Shown here in pieces: positions 1 to 7,053 of a stretch of 32,000 nucleotides of DNA (the first letter of the stretch is position 1; the number at the start of each line of letters is the position of its first letter). The notes beneath the pieces are model-generated. The model was not told the origin of the DNA. It did no database searches and saw only the letters and a list, made by a program, of their open reading frames with translations. Where the stretch lies: positions 1,140,001 to 1,172,000 of the forward strand of contig NZ_CP088239.1 in NCBI RefSeq assembly GCF_021054785.1, given 5' to 3'. The DNA comes from Tannockella kyphosi. GTDB lineage: Bacteria > Bacillota_I > Bacilli_A > Erysipelotrichales > Coprobacillaceae. The position numbers and the translations under genes are program-made.

Positions 1-37
1 AACCGTCTTGCGTTAACAGTACTTTTTCGTGTTCCAT
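1..37 (-). CDS. greA: Transcription elongation factor GreA, first 12 codons only (gene runs off the window)
   Basis: A minus-strand ATG (rc of 35-37) is preceded by a GAGGTG RBS (rc of about 42-48). The translation MEHEKVLLTQDG resembles GreA N-termini. A position just downstream of udk matches the Bacillus udk-greA arrangement. The fragment is too short to be certain. Confidence 0.4.
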   Translation of the reverse strand, partial: MEHEKVLLTQDG

Positions 38-89
38 AATTTCACCTCGTAATTAGTAATATATCATATTTTAGTAAAAAATACTAGTA

Positions 90-710
90 TTAATCAACAA
101 TACTAGATATTTTTGTAATTAATAAATCAATTGCAACATGATTACTTCCACCTTCAGGAATAATCACATGTGCAAACTTCTTTGTTGGTTCAATAAATTG
201 TTCATGCATTGGTCGAACAGTATCTAAATATTGATTACAAACTGAATCCAAACTACGTCCTCTATCTTCTACATCTCTTCTTAAACGACGAATAAAGCGA
301 ATATCTGAATCAGTATCTACATAAATCAAAATATCGCATAAATCACGTATTTTTTGTTCTCCTAGAACAAATAACCCTTCAATAATAAAAACCTCTCTAG
401 GCTCAATTATTTCCGTTATAGAGCTACGATTATGTTCTACAAAATCATAAGTAGGTTTTTCAATCGAATTACCTGCTTTCAAGCTTTCTAAATGACTCAC
501 TAAAAGCTCACTATCAAATGCAAAAGGATGATCATAATTTGTTTTTACTCTTTCTTCCATTGACAGATGACTTTGATCTTTATAATAATCGTCATACTTA
601 ATTATTTTAGTTGTATGACGTCCTTTAAAATAATCATACATCTTAGTTGCAATCGAAGTTTTCCCAGAAGCACTACCTCCAGCAATACCAATAAAAACTA
701 CTTTTTTCAT
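90..710 (-). CDS. udk: Uridine kinase
   Basis: 206 aa. It has the P-loop GIAGGSASGKTS at the N-terminus and uridine kinase motifs (YDHPxAFD, RRLxRD). Its start overlaps the stop of the upstream gene (TAATG). Confidence 0.93.
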   Translation of the reverse strand: MKKVVFIGIAGGSASGKTSIATKMYDYFKGRHTTKIIKYDDYYKDQSHLSMEERVKTNYDHPFAFDSELLVSHLESLKAGNSIEKPTYDFVEHNRSSITEIIEPREVFIIEGLFVLGEQKIRDLCDILIYVDTDSDIRFIRRLRRDVEDRGRSLDSVCNQYLDTVRPMHEQFIEPTKKFAHVIIPEGGSNHVAIDLLITKISSIVD

Positions 711-1951
711 TACACTACCTTCCTTCCCATATCATTGAACATAACCTCATGATCCATATCAATATACAATAACTCCATTGGATGATTTGCAACATCCACT
801 TCCTCTTGTAATTCATTATATATTTTTGTCACTACAAATTCAATATTATCATGTCTAGGAGAGAATATTTCTATTCTTTCACCCACCTTAAAATAATTCC
901 TTTGTTCAATTAATGCTCGTTTCGTTGTTTTATCATAATCCAAAACACGCATCACAAATTCTTGAGTAGGATGCTCTTGACGAGAAGAAAACAATTGACT
1001 ATCTTGATCCATCTTATCATAATAAAAGCCATCACAAACAGCACGATTTGCTGCCTTTAATAATTCTTTTTTATAAAAATCACTATTTATAAATCCATCA
1101 GGATCCTGACAATATGTATCAATTAGTTTACGATACGTTGAAACTACTGTTGCAACATAATGTAAAGACTTCATTCTTCCTTCTATTTTAAAAGAATCAA
1201 TTCCTAATTCAATTAAACTAGTAATATTTAACCCTAATGCCATATCTTTAGAAGACATACTAAACTTATTTTCTTTGTCATTGACTAATTGACTATCTTG
1301 ATATAAATCATAATCCCAACGACAAGATTGCGAACAACCGCCTCTATTTGCATCACGATGTGAGAAATAATTAGATAACATGCACCTTCCTGAATAATGC
1401 ACACACATTGCTCCGTGAATAAAATACTCTATATCCACCGCATTATTATTACGAATCACTACCAAGTCTTCATAACTAACTTCTCTACCTAATACAACAC
1501 GATCCATCCCCATTGCTACAAAAAAATCAATAGCTTCACTATTTAATGAGGAAAGTTGTGTAGAAACATGAACTTCTAATTTTAAATGTAAACTTTTTGC
1601 AACATGCATAATATATGGATCAGCAACAATAATTGCCTTTACTCCAATATTATCTAAAGCACATAAATATTCTTCAATTCCTTCTAAATTATCATCATGC
1701 AAAATAATATTACAAGTAACATGAATATCAGCCCCATGTTTTCTAGCAAACTCAACACCCTCTCGAATATCTTCTAATGAAAAATTAGATGCATTTGATC
1801 GCAAAGAAAACTCTTTTCCTCCAACAAATACTGCATCTGCTCCATAAAGAATCGCTACCTTCAGTTTTTCAAGATTCCCAGCTGGAGCTAATAATTCTGG
1901 TTTCTTCACGATAACACGACGATTATTTTGATATTTTGATATTTTTCTCAT
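710..1951 (-). CDS. Peptidase U32 family protein, YrrO/TrhP-like (tRNA 5-hydroxyuridine formation)
   Basis: 413 aa. It shows the U32 hallmarks KPELLAPAGNLEKLKxAxxxGADAVFxGG and a Cys-rich central motif (CSQSCRW). It is the second of a tandem U32 pair next to the yrrM-like methyltransferase, as in B. subtilis yrrM-yrrN-yrrO-udk. Confidence 0.85.
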   Translation of the reverse strand: MRKISKYQNNRRVIVKKPELLAPAGNLEKLKVAILYGADAVFVGGKEFSLRSNASNFSLEDIREGVEFARKHGADIHVTCNIILHDDNLEGIEEYLCALDNIGVKAIIVADPYIMHVAKSLHLKLEVHVSTQLSSLNSEAIDFFVAMGMDRVVLGREVSYEDLVVIRNNNAVDIEYFIHGAMCVHYSGRCMLSNYFSHRDANRGGCSQSCRWDYDLYQDSQLVNDKENKFSMSSKDMALGLNITSLIELGIDSFKIEGRMKSLHYVATVVSTYRKLIDTYCQDPDGFINSDFYKKELLKAANRAVCDGFYYDKMDQDSQLFSSRQEHPTQEFVMRVLDYDKTTKRALIEQRNYFKVGERIEIFSPRHDNIEFVVTKIYNELQEEVDVANHPMELLYIDMDHEVMFNDMGRKVV

Positions 1952-2822
1952 CTGCTTCTCGCTTTCTTACATCTTCCATTTTATATACCGTCTCATCAAA
2001 TAAAAAACTATGATAATACGCTACATTTGGATATTTTTCTTGCAACCAATTTTTAGCTTGTAACTTATCTTCTTGAAAATAACTTGTCACTACATCCACT
2101 AATTCATTATCACTCAAATACATTGATTCAATATAACCATAAGGAATATCTTTCACTTGTTCAAAAATACTCAAACATTCCATTTGTTTTTCACTTAAAA
2201 TATGAGTACCATTCCTATCTTCATAGATATGACAACGATAATCTACCCCTGTTGCTTGAATAAAGTTATTCCCTTTATCCTCTATTTTATGATGTTCATA
2301 ATAATTCGTCAGTAAATGACGTTTCGAATATGCCATATATTCCACTCCATGAACTTGCATCATTAAAGGCATCTTACTATGTGCCACTATTTCTAACTTC
2401 TGTTCTAACGATATTTCACGTGCTAAAAAAGCCATCGTAACACCTTGATAAAGCAATACATTTAAAGTAGCATAATTTGTATTTAATGTATCAGGAGCAT
2501 AAATCATTTGTCCTTGAAATTGTAATTTTTTACAAATATTCAAAACTCCAAAATCTTGAAAAAAGATACCCTCAATACCACATTCTATTATTTTTTTTAA
2601 ATGTAATCGTAAATCATCAAGATATTTTTCTTCAATTAAAGCATTCACCAAAACATATACTTTTTCCTTACAATCACGAACAAAACAATCCAACTGTTGA
2701 TAATCAAAAGATATTGATTGTCGACATGAAAATTGTTGCATTCCACACACAAAATGCTTTACACCAATTTTTTCTAATTGTTCTCTTGTATTTACATTAT
2801 TTATTGAAACAAAATATTCCAT
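1923..2822 (-). CDS. Peptidase U32 family protein, YrrN-like (partner of the downstream U32 protein)
   Basis: 299 aa and more divergent. Its size and its position between the O-methyltransferase and the larger U32 gene match B. subtilis yrrN. It overlaps the next gene by 29 nt. Confidence 0.7.
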   Translation of the reverse strand: MEYFVSINNVNTREQLEKIGVKHFVCGMQQFSCRQSISFDYQQLDCFVRDCKEKVYVLVNALIEEKYLDDLRLHLKKIIECGIEGIFFQDFGVLNICKKLQFQGQMIYAPDTLNTNYATLNVLLYQGVTMAFLAREISLEQKLEIVAHSKMPLMMQVHGVEYMAYSKRHLLTNYYEHHKIEDKGNNFIQATGVDYRCHIYEDRNGTHILSEKQMECLSIFEQVKDIPYGYIESMYLSDNELVDVVTSYFQEDKLQAKNWLQEKYPNVAYYHSFLFDETVYKMEDVRKREADEKNIKISK

Positions 2823-2825
2823 ACT

Positions 2826-3428
2826 TTACCTTCTTTTTATTACACAAATCCCATCACCAATAGGATAGTATTCTACACTATAAGCATCATGATCAAAAAT
2901 CCAATCCTTAAATCGTTTAATTTTTTTCACTAATTGTTTTGTGTTTCTATTCTTAATATTATCAATATCATATATCATCCCATGAAAATCTAAATTATCA
3001 ACAATACATATCCCATCTTCTTTTAAAAAAGGGATGTATTTTTCAAAAAACTTTTGATACTGCGCTTTTGCAGCATCAATAAATAAACAATCATAAGATT
3101 TAAAAACTCTATTATTACAATCAAATTCCAAAGCATCATCTAAATGAATAAAAATTTTATCTTCTAACTGATAATCCTTAATATTCTTTTGTGCTTCCTG
3201 ATAACGTGCTTCATCAATTTCAATAGTCTCTACAACAAAAGAATCAATATTACTTACCATCATCATCGATGAATAACCAATAGCACTACCAATCTCTAAA
3301 CAACTTTTACATTGATGTTGCTGAAATGTATCAATTAAAAATTCAATTCCTTCTTTTTGCATAACCGGAATATTACGATCCAAAGCATGTTTTTCAATAG
3401 CATCAAAACAAACTAATCCTCCAACCAT
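2826..3428 (-). CDS. trmR: SAM-dependent O-methyltransferase, YrrM/TrmR-like (tRNA 5-hydroxyuridine methyltransferase)
   Basis: 200 aa. It has the class I MTase motif LEIGSAIGYSS and the family-3 O-methyltransferase layout (DxIFIDAAK-like FIDAAKAQY). It shows synteny with the U32 pair and mltG. Confidence 0.8.
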   Translation of the reverse strand: MVGGLVCFDAIEKHALDRNIPVMQKEGIEFLIDTFQQHQCKSCLEIGSAIGYSSMMMVSNIDSFVVETIEIDEARYQEAQKNIKDYQLEDKIFIHLDDALEFDCNNRVFKSYDCLFIDAAKAQYQKFFEKYIPFLKEDGICIVDNLDFHGMIYDIDNIKNRNTKQLVKKIKRFKDWIFDHDAYSVEYYPIGDGICVIKRR

Positions 3429-4492
3429 AAACCATCCGCCTTTGCTTCACTAATACCTTCTAAATGTTCACTATATGTCACACTATAAATTACTTCTCCT
3501 GAAGAAATAGCAAAGAAATAAAACTCATCCATCTCTACATAATTCAAACAAGACTCTATAATAATCTCACTCACTGAACTTACTGGCCCTACTGGTAATC
3601 CTGCATATAAATAAGTATTATATCCTGAATCAACTGCTAAATCAGAATAAGTAACAGCAACCTTCTTTACTTGATTTGCATAATTAACAGTAACATCACT
3701 TTGTAACAAACAATAAGTACCTGCACTTGTATGATCTTCTAAACGATTAATAAACACTCCCGCTATTTTACTATGATCTTCCTCATACAAAGACTCACTT
3801 TCAACAATAGAAGCAAAAGTTAAAAACTGATGAACAGACCAAACTTCTCCATCTACTTCAAAAGACTCTATTTCACTTTGATATTGACTTAATACTACAT
3901 CCATTTGATCTAACATTAGTTTTGTAATAGATTCTATAGTAGGATCACTCTCTGTTATATAATAGGTATTTGGTGCCAAATACCCTTCTAAAGGAAAATA
4001 TAATTCTTCTGATAAGATTTCATCACTAATAAACCAATATTCCTCAATTAAACTTTCTAAATAATCTTGATCTGCCCATTTCGTTATTACATCATTTTGA
4101 GTAATACCTAATTTACTAGCTACTTCTGTTGCAAAATCTGCAACTGAAGTTCCTTCAATTACTGTCAAAGTATCTTTTAATAAATATTCAAAAGATCCTT
4201 CATTTAAAATAGCACAAATCTCTTCGAAATCCATACTTGTATTTAAAACATATGTATTTGCTTGAAACGCATGGTCTGTGATTTTTAGATAAACTTGTGC
4301 TGATAGTTTGTTACTTAATAAACCAGCTTCCTCTAACTGTGTTAAAACACTACTGTCACCACCTTCAATAGTAACAATAACATCCTCATCACTACCTACT
4401 GCTTCTAAACCACTACTATACATATAAGTTGTAGTCGCAATTGTTGTCAATAACAAAACAAATAGAATACCTACTATTATTTTTAATTTCAT
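3413..4492 (-). CDS. mltG: Endolytic murein transglycosylase MltG (YceG family)
   Basis: 359 aa. It has an N-terminal TM helix (IIVGILFVLLLTTIATT) and a C-terminal YceG motif (NTYLYAGLPVGPVSS...FYFFA). It sits at the yrrL position in the conserved block. Confidence 0.88.
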   Translation of the reverse strand: MKLKIIVGILFVLLLTTIATTTYMYSSGLEAVGSDEDVIVTIEGGDSSVLTQLEEAGLLSNKLSAQVYLKITDHAFQANTYVLNTSMDFEEICAILNEGSFEYLLKDTLTVIEGTSVADFATEVASKLGITQNDVITKWADQDYLESLIEEYWFISDEILSEELYFPLEGYLAPNTYYITESDPTIESITKLMLDQMDVVLSQYQSEIESFEVDGEVWSVHQFLTFASIVESESLYEEDHSKIAGVFINRLEDHTSAGTYCLLQSDVTVNYANQVKKVAVTYSDLAVDSGYNTYLYAGLPVGPVSSVSEIIIESCLNYVEMDEFYFFAISSGEVIYSVTYSEHLEGISEAKADGLWLED

Positions 4493-4539
4493 GAAAATTC
4501 CTCCTTTTTACATTATAAATGAATTTACTTATTCTTTCA

Positions 4540-4567
4540 AATAAAAAGAAGGTCAATAGCCTTCTTT
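4540..4567 (-). terminator. Rho-independent terminator downstream of the lactonase gene
   Basis: On the minus strand the sequence reads AAGAAGG-CTATTGA-CCTTCTT followed by TTTTATTT. Confidence 0.6.
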
Positions 4568-4575
4568 ACTAGTAC

Positions 4576-4613
4576 AAGATAACTTAGGCTTTGATAAAGC
4601 CTCAAGTTATCTT
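4576..4613. repeat. Long inverted repeat (17-bp stem, 3-nt loop, one bulged C)
   Basis: AAGATAACTTAGGCTTT-GAT-AAAGCCT(C)AAGTTATCTT. It lies between the lactonase stop and the terminator above, and no U-run follows it on either strand. Confidence 0.6.
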
Positions 4614-4627
4614 ACACTAAATTAGTA

Positions 4628-5758
4628 TTATACTCCAGAATTATTTGTAGTACCTTTTCTTTCTAAAATATCAAAGAATTCATTAATACAAACTGGTTCA
4701 GCAATCAAGTATGAATAATCTCTTTCAAACAATAATCCATTTTTCTCACGTGAAATTTCTACAACTTCGATAATTCCACCTTTTTGACAACCAACCACAA
4801 TCCAACGATCTCTAAAAATCTCTAAACAACGAGGATTTGCAGAAGTATCCACAAAATCTTGATAAGTTAAACTTCCATCTTCATTTATTGAAAACAAAGT
4901 AACACTATCATGCCCTCTATTTAAAACAACTGCTAATAAACCATCCTCTGTAAGTTTAAACTCAGAAACTAAGTTATCTTCTTCAGGGAATTTTTCTTTA
5001 TCATAAGAATCTATTTCTTGCATAAAAGTAAATGTTTTATTTTCATAACGATAGACACAAATCGTATTTACTAATTCATTTACAACATATGCAATTGTAC
5101 CTTCTTTATTAAAAGTCATTTGACGAGGACCATATCCTGGTGTTACATCAAAACTAACATCAACATCTTCTACCAATGTACCATCCTCTTGAACATCAAA
5201 TACTATAACACGATCAAGTCCCAAATCTACGACATATAATTGATTATCAGGTGTAAATCCAACATAATGTGGATGTGATTGAGTTTGACGTATTGGATCC
5301 ACTCCCACACCTTCTAATTTATGTACATAGATTACTTTATTTAATTTTTTCTTAACAATTCGAGCTACCATAATTTCCCCATTATAGTAATCTACTCCAA
5401 AGAACTTATCCGCACTTACATCATCACCATTCACACAGCCATGCATATAAGTTTTTCCCTCATCCGTAACTCGTGACACTAGTGATAATGTTTGAGCTGT
5501 TGATGTATAACTACATACCCCACCATCAGAAAGTGCTCCAGTTCTATTTTTATAAGTTGTACAAACAAATCTCCCATAATTAAAACTATAAATAGGATTT
5601 GTAGGCGTTTTGAAATGTGATTTGAAAAAGATTTCTCCAGTTTCAACATCAATCGTAAATGTATAAACTCCTCTTGTTTGTGCATTTCCATATGAATTTA
5701 CAAAAAACGAATCTAACTCTCTTCTTTTTGTAAAAATACCACCTTTAAATATTGCCAT
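4628..5758 (-). CDS. Lactonase, 7-bladed beta-propeller family (6-phosphogluconolactonase-like)
   Basis: 376 aa. It has family-typical segments (HPHYVGFTPDNQLYVVDLGLDRVIVFDV; GPRQMTFNKEGTIAYVVNEL; repeated blade-like units). The RBS is AAGGAGAAGG. Confidence 0.78.
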   Translation of the reverse strand: MAIFKGGIFTKRRELDSFFVNSYGNAQTRGVYTFTIDVETGEIFFKSHFKTPTNPIYSFNYGRFVCTTYKNRTGALSDGGVCSYTSTAQTLSLVSRVTDEGKTYMHGCVNGDDVSADKFFGVDYYNGEIMVARIVKKKLNKVIYVHKLEGVGVDPIRQTQSHPHYVGFTPDNQLYVVDLGLDRVIVFDVQEDGTLVEDVDVSFDVTPGYGPRQMTFNKEGTIAYVVNELVNTICVYRYENKTFTFMQEIDSYDKEKFPEEDNLVSEFKLTEDGLLAVVLNRGHDSVTLFSINEDGSLTYQDFVDTSANPRCLEIFRDRWIVVGCQKGGIIEVVEISREKNGLLFERDYSYLIAEPVCINEFFDILERKGTTNNSGV

Positions 5759-5774
5759 TTTCCTTCTCCTTATA

Positions 5775-5800
5775 GAAAAAAGCTAAGTAATCTTAGCTTT
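5775..5800 (-). terminator. Rho-independent terminator after the DUF1292 gene
   Basis: On the minus strand the sequence reads AAGCTAAG-ATTA-CTTAGCTT followed by TTTTC. It is immediately upstream of the lactonase RBS. Confidence 0.62.
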
Positions 5801-5807
5801 GTTTCGA

Positions 5808-6317
5808 TTATTTTGAACATTTACATTCGTGTTCTTCATCTTCTTTGTGTCCACCACAACATTCATGATCTTCATCATGTCCGTGTCCACCACAACATTC
5901 ATGTCCTTCTTCATGATGTCCGTGTCCACCACAACATTCATGACCTTCTTCGTGATGTCCGTGCCCACCACAACATTCATGACCTTCTTCGTGATGTCCG
6001 TGCCCACCACAACATTCATGATCTTCATCATGATGATGTCCGTGCCCACCACAACATTCATGTCCTTCTTTTGACTCTTGTTCAGCTACAAATGTATTAA
6101 AAATTTCTTCAATCATTTCCCACTCTTCAGGAGTTTCAACTTCAAATAAATTTCCTTCATCATCATATCCTGATGCAAAGATTTCCATTTCATCTAATTC
6201 TGGATTAAAATATAAAACATATTTTTTCCCTGATTCAGGATCATCGAAAGTAAATAATACTTCCATTTGAATTTCTTTACCGCTTTCGTCAATTACAATA
6301 ATTTTGTTTGCTTCCAT
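5808..6317 (-). CDS. DUF1292 (YrzB-like) protein fused to a tandem-repeat His/Cys-rich C-terminal tail
   Basis: 169 aa. Residues 1-80 look like DUF1292 (short acidic domain, FxFDDPESGKKYVLYxxxE...FEVETPEEWEMIEEIFNTF). The gene sits at the yrzB position after ruvX. Residues 86-169 consist of 6 HECCGGHGH-type units plus a terminal HECKCSK. Confidence 0.85.
   Translation of the reverse strand: MEANKIIVIDESGKEIQMEVLFTFDDPESGKKYVLYFNPELDEMEIFASGYDDEGNLFEVETPEEWEMIEEIFNTFVAEQESKEGHECCGGHGHHHDEDHECCGGHGHHEEGHECCGGHGHHEEGHECCGGHGHHEEGHECCGGHGHDEDHECCGGHKEDEEHECKCSK
5851..6064. repeat. In-frame tandem repeat array (periods of 36, 39, 39, 39 and 42 nt) encoding the HECCGGHGHH units
   Basis: Units start at 5851, 5887, 5926, 5965, 6004 and 6046, each beginning ccaccacaacattcatg. 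Units 5926-5964 and 5965-6003 are identical 39-mers. Confidence 0.92.
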
Positions 6318-6332
6318 GTTACATTCCTTTCT

Positions 6333-6752
6333 CTAGTGACTATCTAAATAACCTTGTAAAATTGTCACTGCTGCCATTTTATCAATGACTTTCTTTCTTT
6401 TTTTTCTTGAAACATCTGCAAAGATAAGTGCATTTTGAGCAACCTTGGTAGTAAGTCGTTCATCAATTAAGATAACCTCTACTCCAGGAATTGCTGCTTC
6501 TAGTTTCGCTTTAAAATCAATTGAAATTTGAGCACGTTCTCCAATGTCTCCATTCATATGTTTAGGTAAACCTAAACATATTTTTTTAACGTTATTTTCT
6601 TTAGCAAGTTCGCTAACTCGTACTACTGCCGCTTCATCTTGATCTTTTTCAAAATGAAATGTTTCAACACCGTGAGCTATCATTCCTAAGACATCAGACA
6701 TCGCAATTCCGCATGTGACTGATCCCAAGTCTAAACCAATTATTTTTTCCAT
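6333..6752 (-). CDS. ruvX: Holliday-junction-resolvase-like pre-16S rRNA nuclease YqgF/RuvX
   Basis: 139 aa. It has IIGLDLGSVTCGIA at the N-terminus and a DERLTT motif. It sits at the yrrK position. Confidence 0.9.
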   Translation of the reverse strand: MEKIIGLDLGSVTCGIAMSDVLGMIAHGVETFHFEKDQDEAAVVRVSELAKENNVKKICLGLPKHMNGDIGERAQISIDFKAKLEAAIPGVEVILIDERLTTKVAQNALIFADVSRKKRKKVIDKMAAVTILQGYLDSH

Positions 6753-7004
6753 TTATTTCTCCAAATATGATTTCACTAATTCTTCTATGATTTCATCACG
6801 ATCAATTTGTTGAATAATACTTCTAGCATTTTTATAACTAGAAATATAAGCAGGATCATTTGATACTAGGTATCCGGATATTTGATGCACTGCATTATAT
6901 CCTCTTTCTTCCAAAGCACCAATAACAGTTTGAAGATTATTTTTAATCATTTCATGACGCATTTCTTCAGAGCTAAAAACTTTTGTTTTGGATAAATCTT
7001 TCAT
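6753..7004 (-). CDS. ireB: IreB family regulatory phosphoprotein (UPF0297/YrzL)
   Basis: The conserved core is LxxVxxALEERGYNAVxQIxGYLxSxDPAYISS. I place the start at the internal ATG (MKDLSK) because a GGGGGT RBS lies 5-6 nt upstream of it. The ORF-track start at 7022 would contain that RBS. Confidence 0.85.
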   Translation of the reverse strand: MKDLSKTKVFSSEEMRHEMIKNNLQTVIGALEERGYNAVHQISGYLVSNDPAYISSYKNARSIIQQIDRDEIIEELVKSYLEK

Positions 7005-7053
7005 AATCCTACCCCCTTTCATACTACAATATTTTACACCATTTAATAGGAAA

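Noticed and set aside
38-89. A terminator between udk and greA (palindrome AATACTAGTATT).
   Set aside because: The palindrome has no loop and a very weak AT-only stem. This is not a credible intrinsic terminator.
567-752. Antisense or shadow ORFs of 61-128 aa: 567-752, 2477-2863, 5479-5691, 11212-11406, 11410-11595, 23060-23245, 28647-28835, 29514-29861 and 31498-31731.
   Set aside because: Each lies entirely within a well-supported conserved gene, either on the opposite strand or out of frame. They have low-complexity, AT-codon-driven composition and no RBS.
5851-6064. Possible CRISPR array, because of regularly spaced ~39-bp repeats.
   Set aside because: There are no unique spacers. The units are directly tandem, in-frame and inside a CDS, and no cas genes are present.
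5783-6100. Three additional ORFs in the track (5783-6061 minus, 5813-6100 plus, 5829-6074 plus) overlapping the DUF1292 tail.
   Set aside because: They are alternative-frame readings of the 39-bp tandem repeat, with repetitive VVGTDI / HHNIHDL / STTTFM peptides. They have no RBS or independent start context. The frame giving the DUF1292 domain plus the HECCGG units is continuous with a recognisable domain.
7005-7022. Longer start for ireB (MKGGRIM...). There are analogous upstream starts for the flavodoxin-like gene (30154) and a TTG start for the ubiquitin-domain gene (17306).
   Set aside because: For ireB and the flavodoxin-like gene the extension itself encodes the Shine-Dalgarno for the next in-frame ATG. 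For the ubiquitin-domain gene the upstream start is a TTG lying within the purB terminator stem. The downstream ATGs give typical N-termini.
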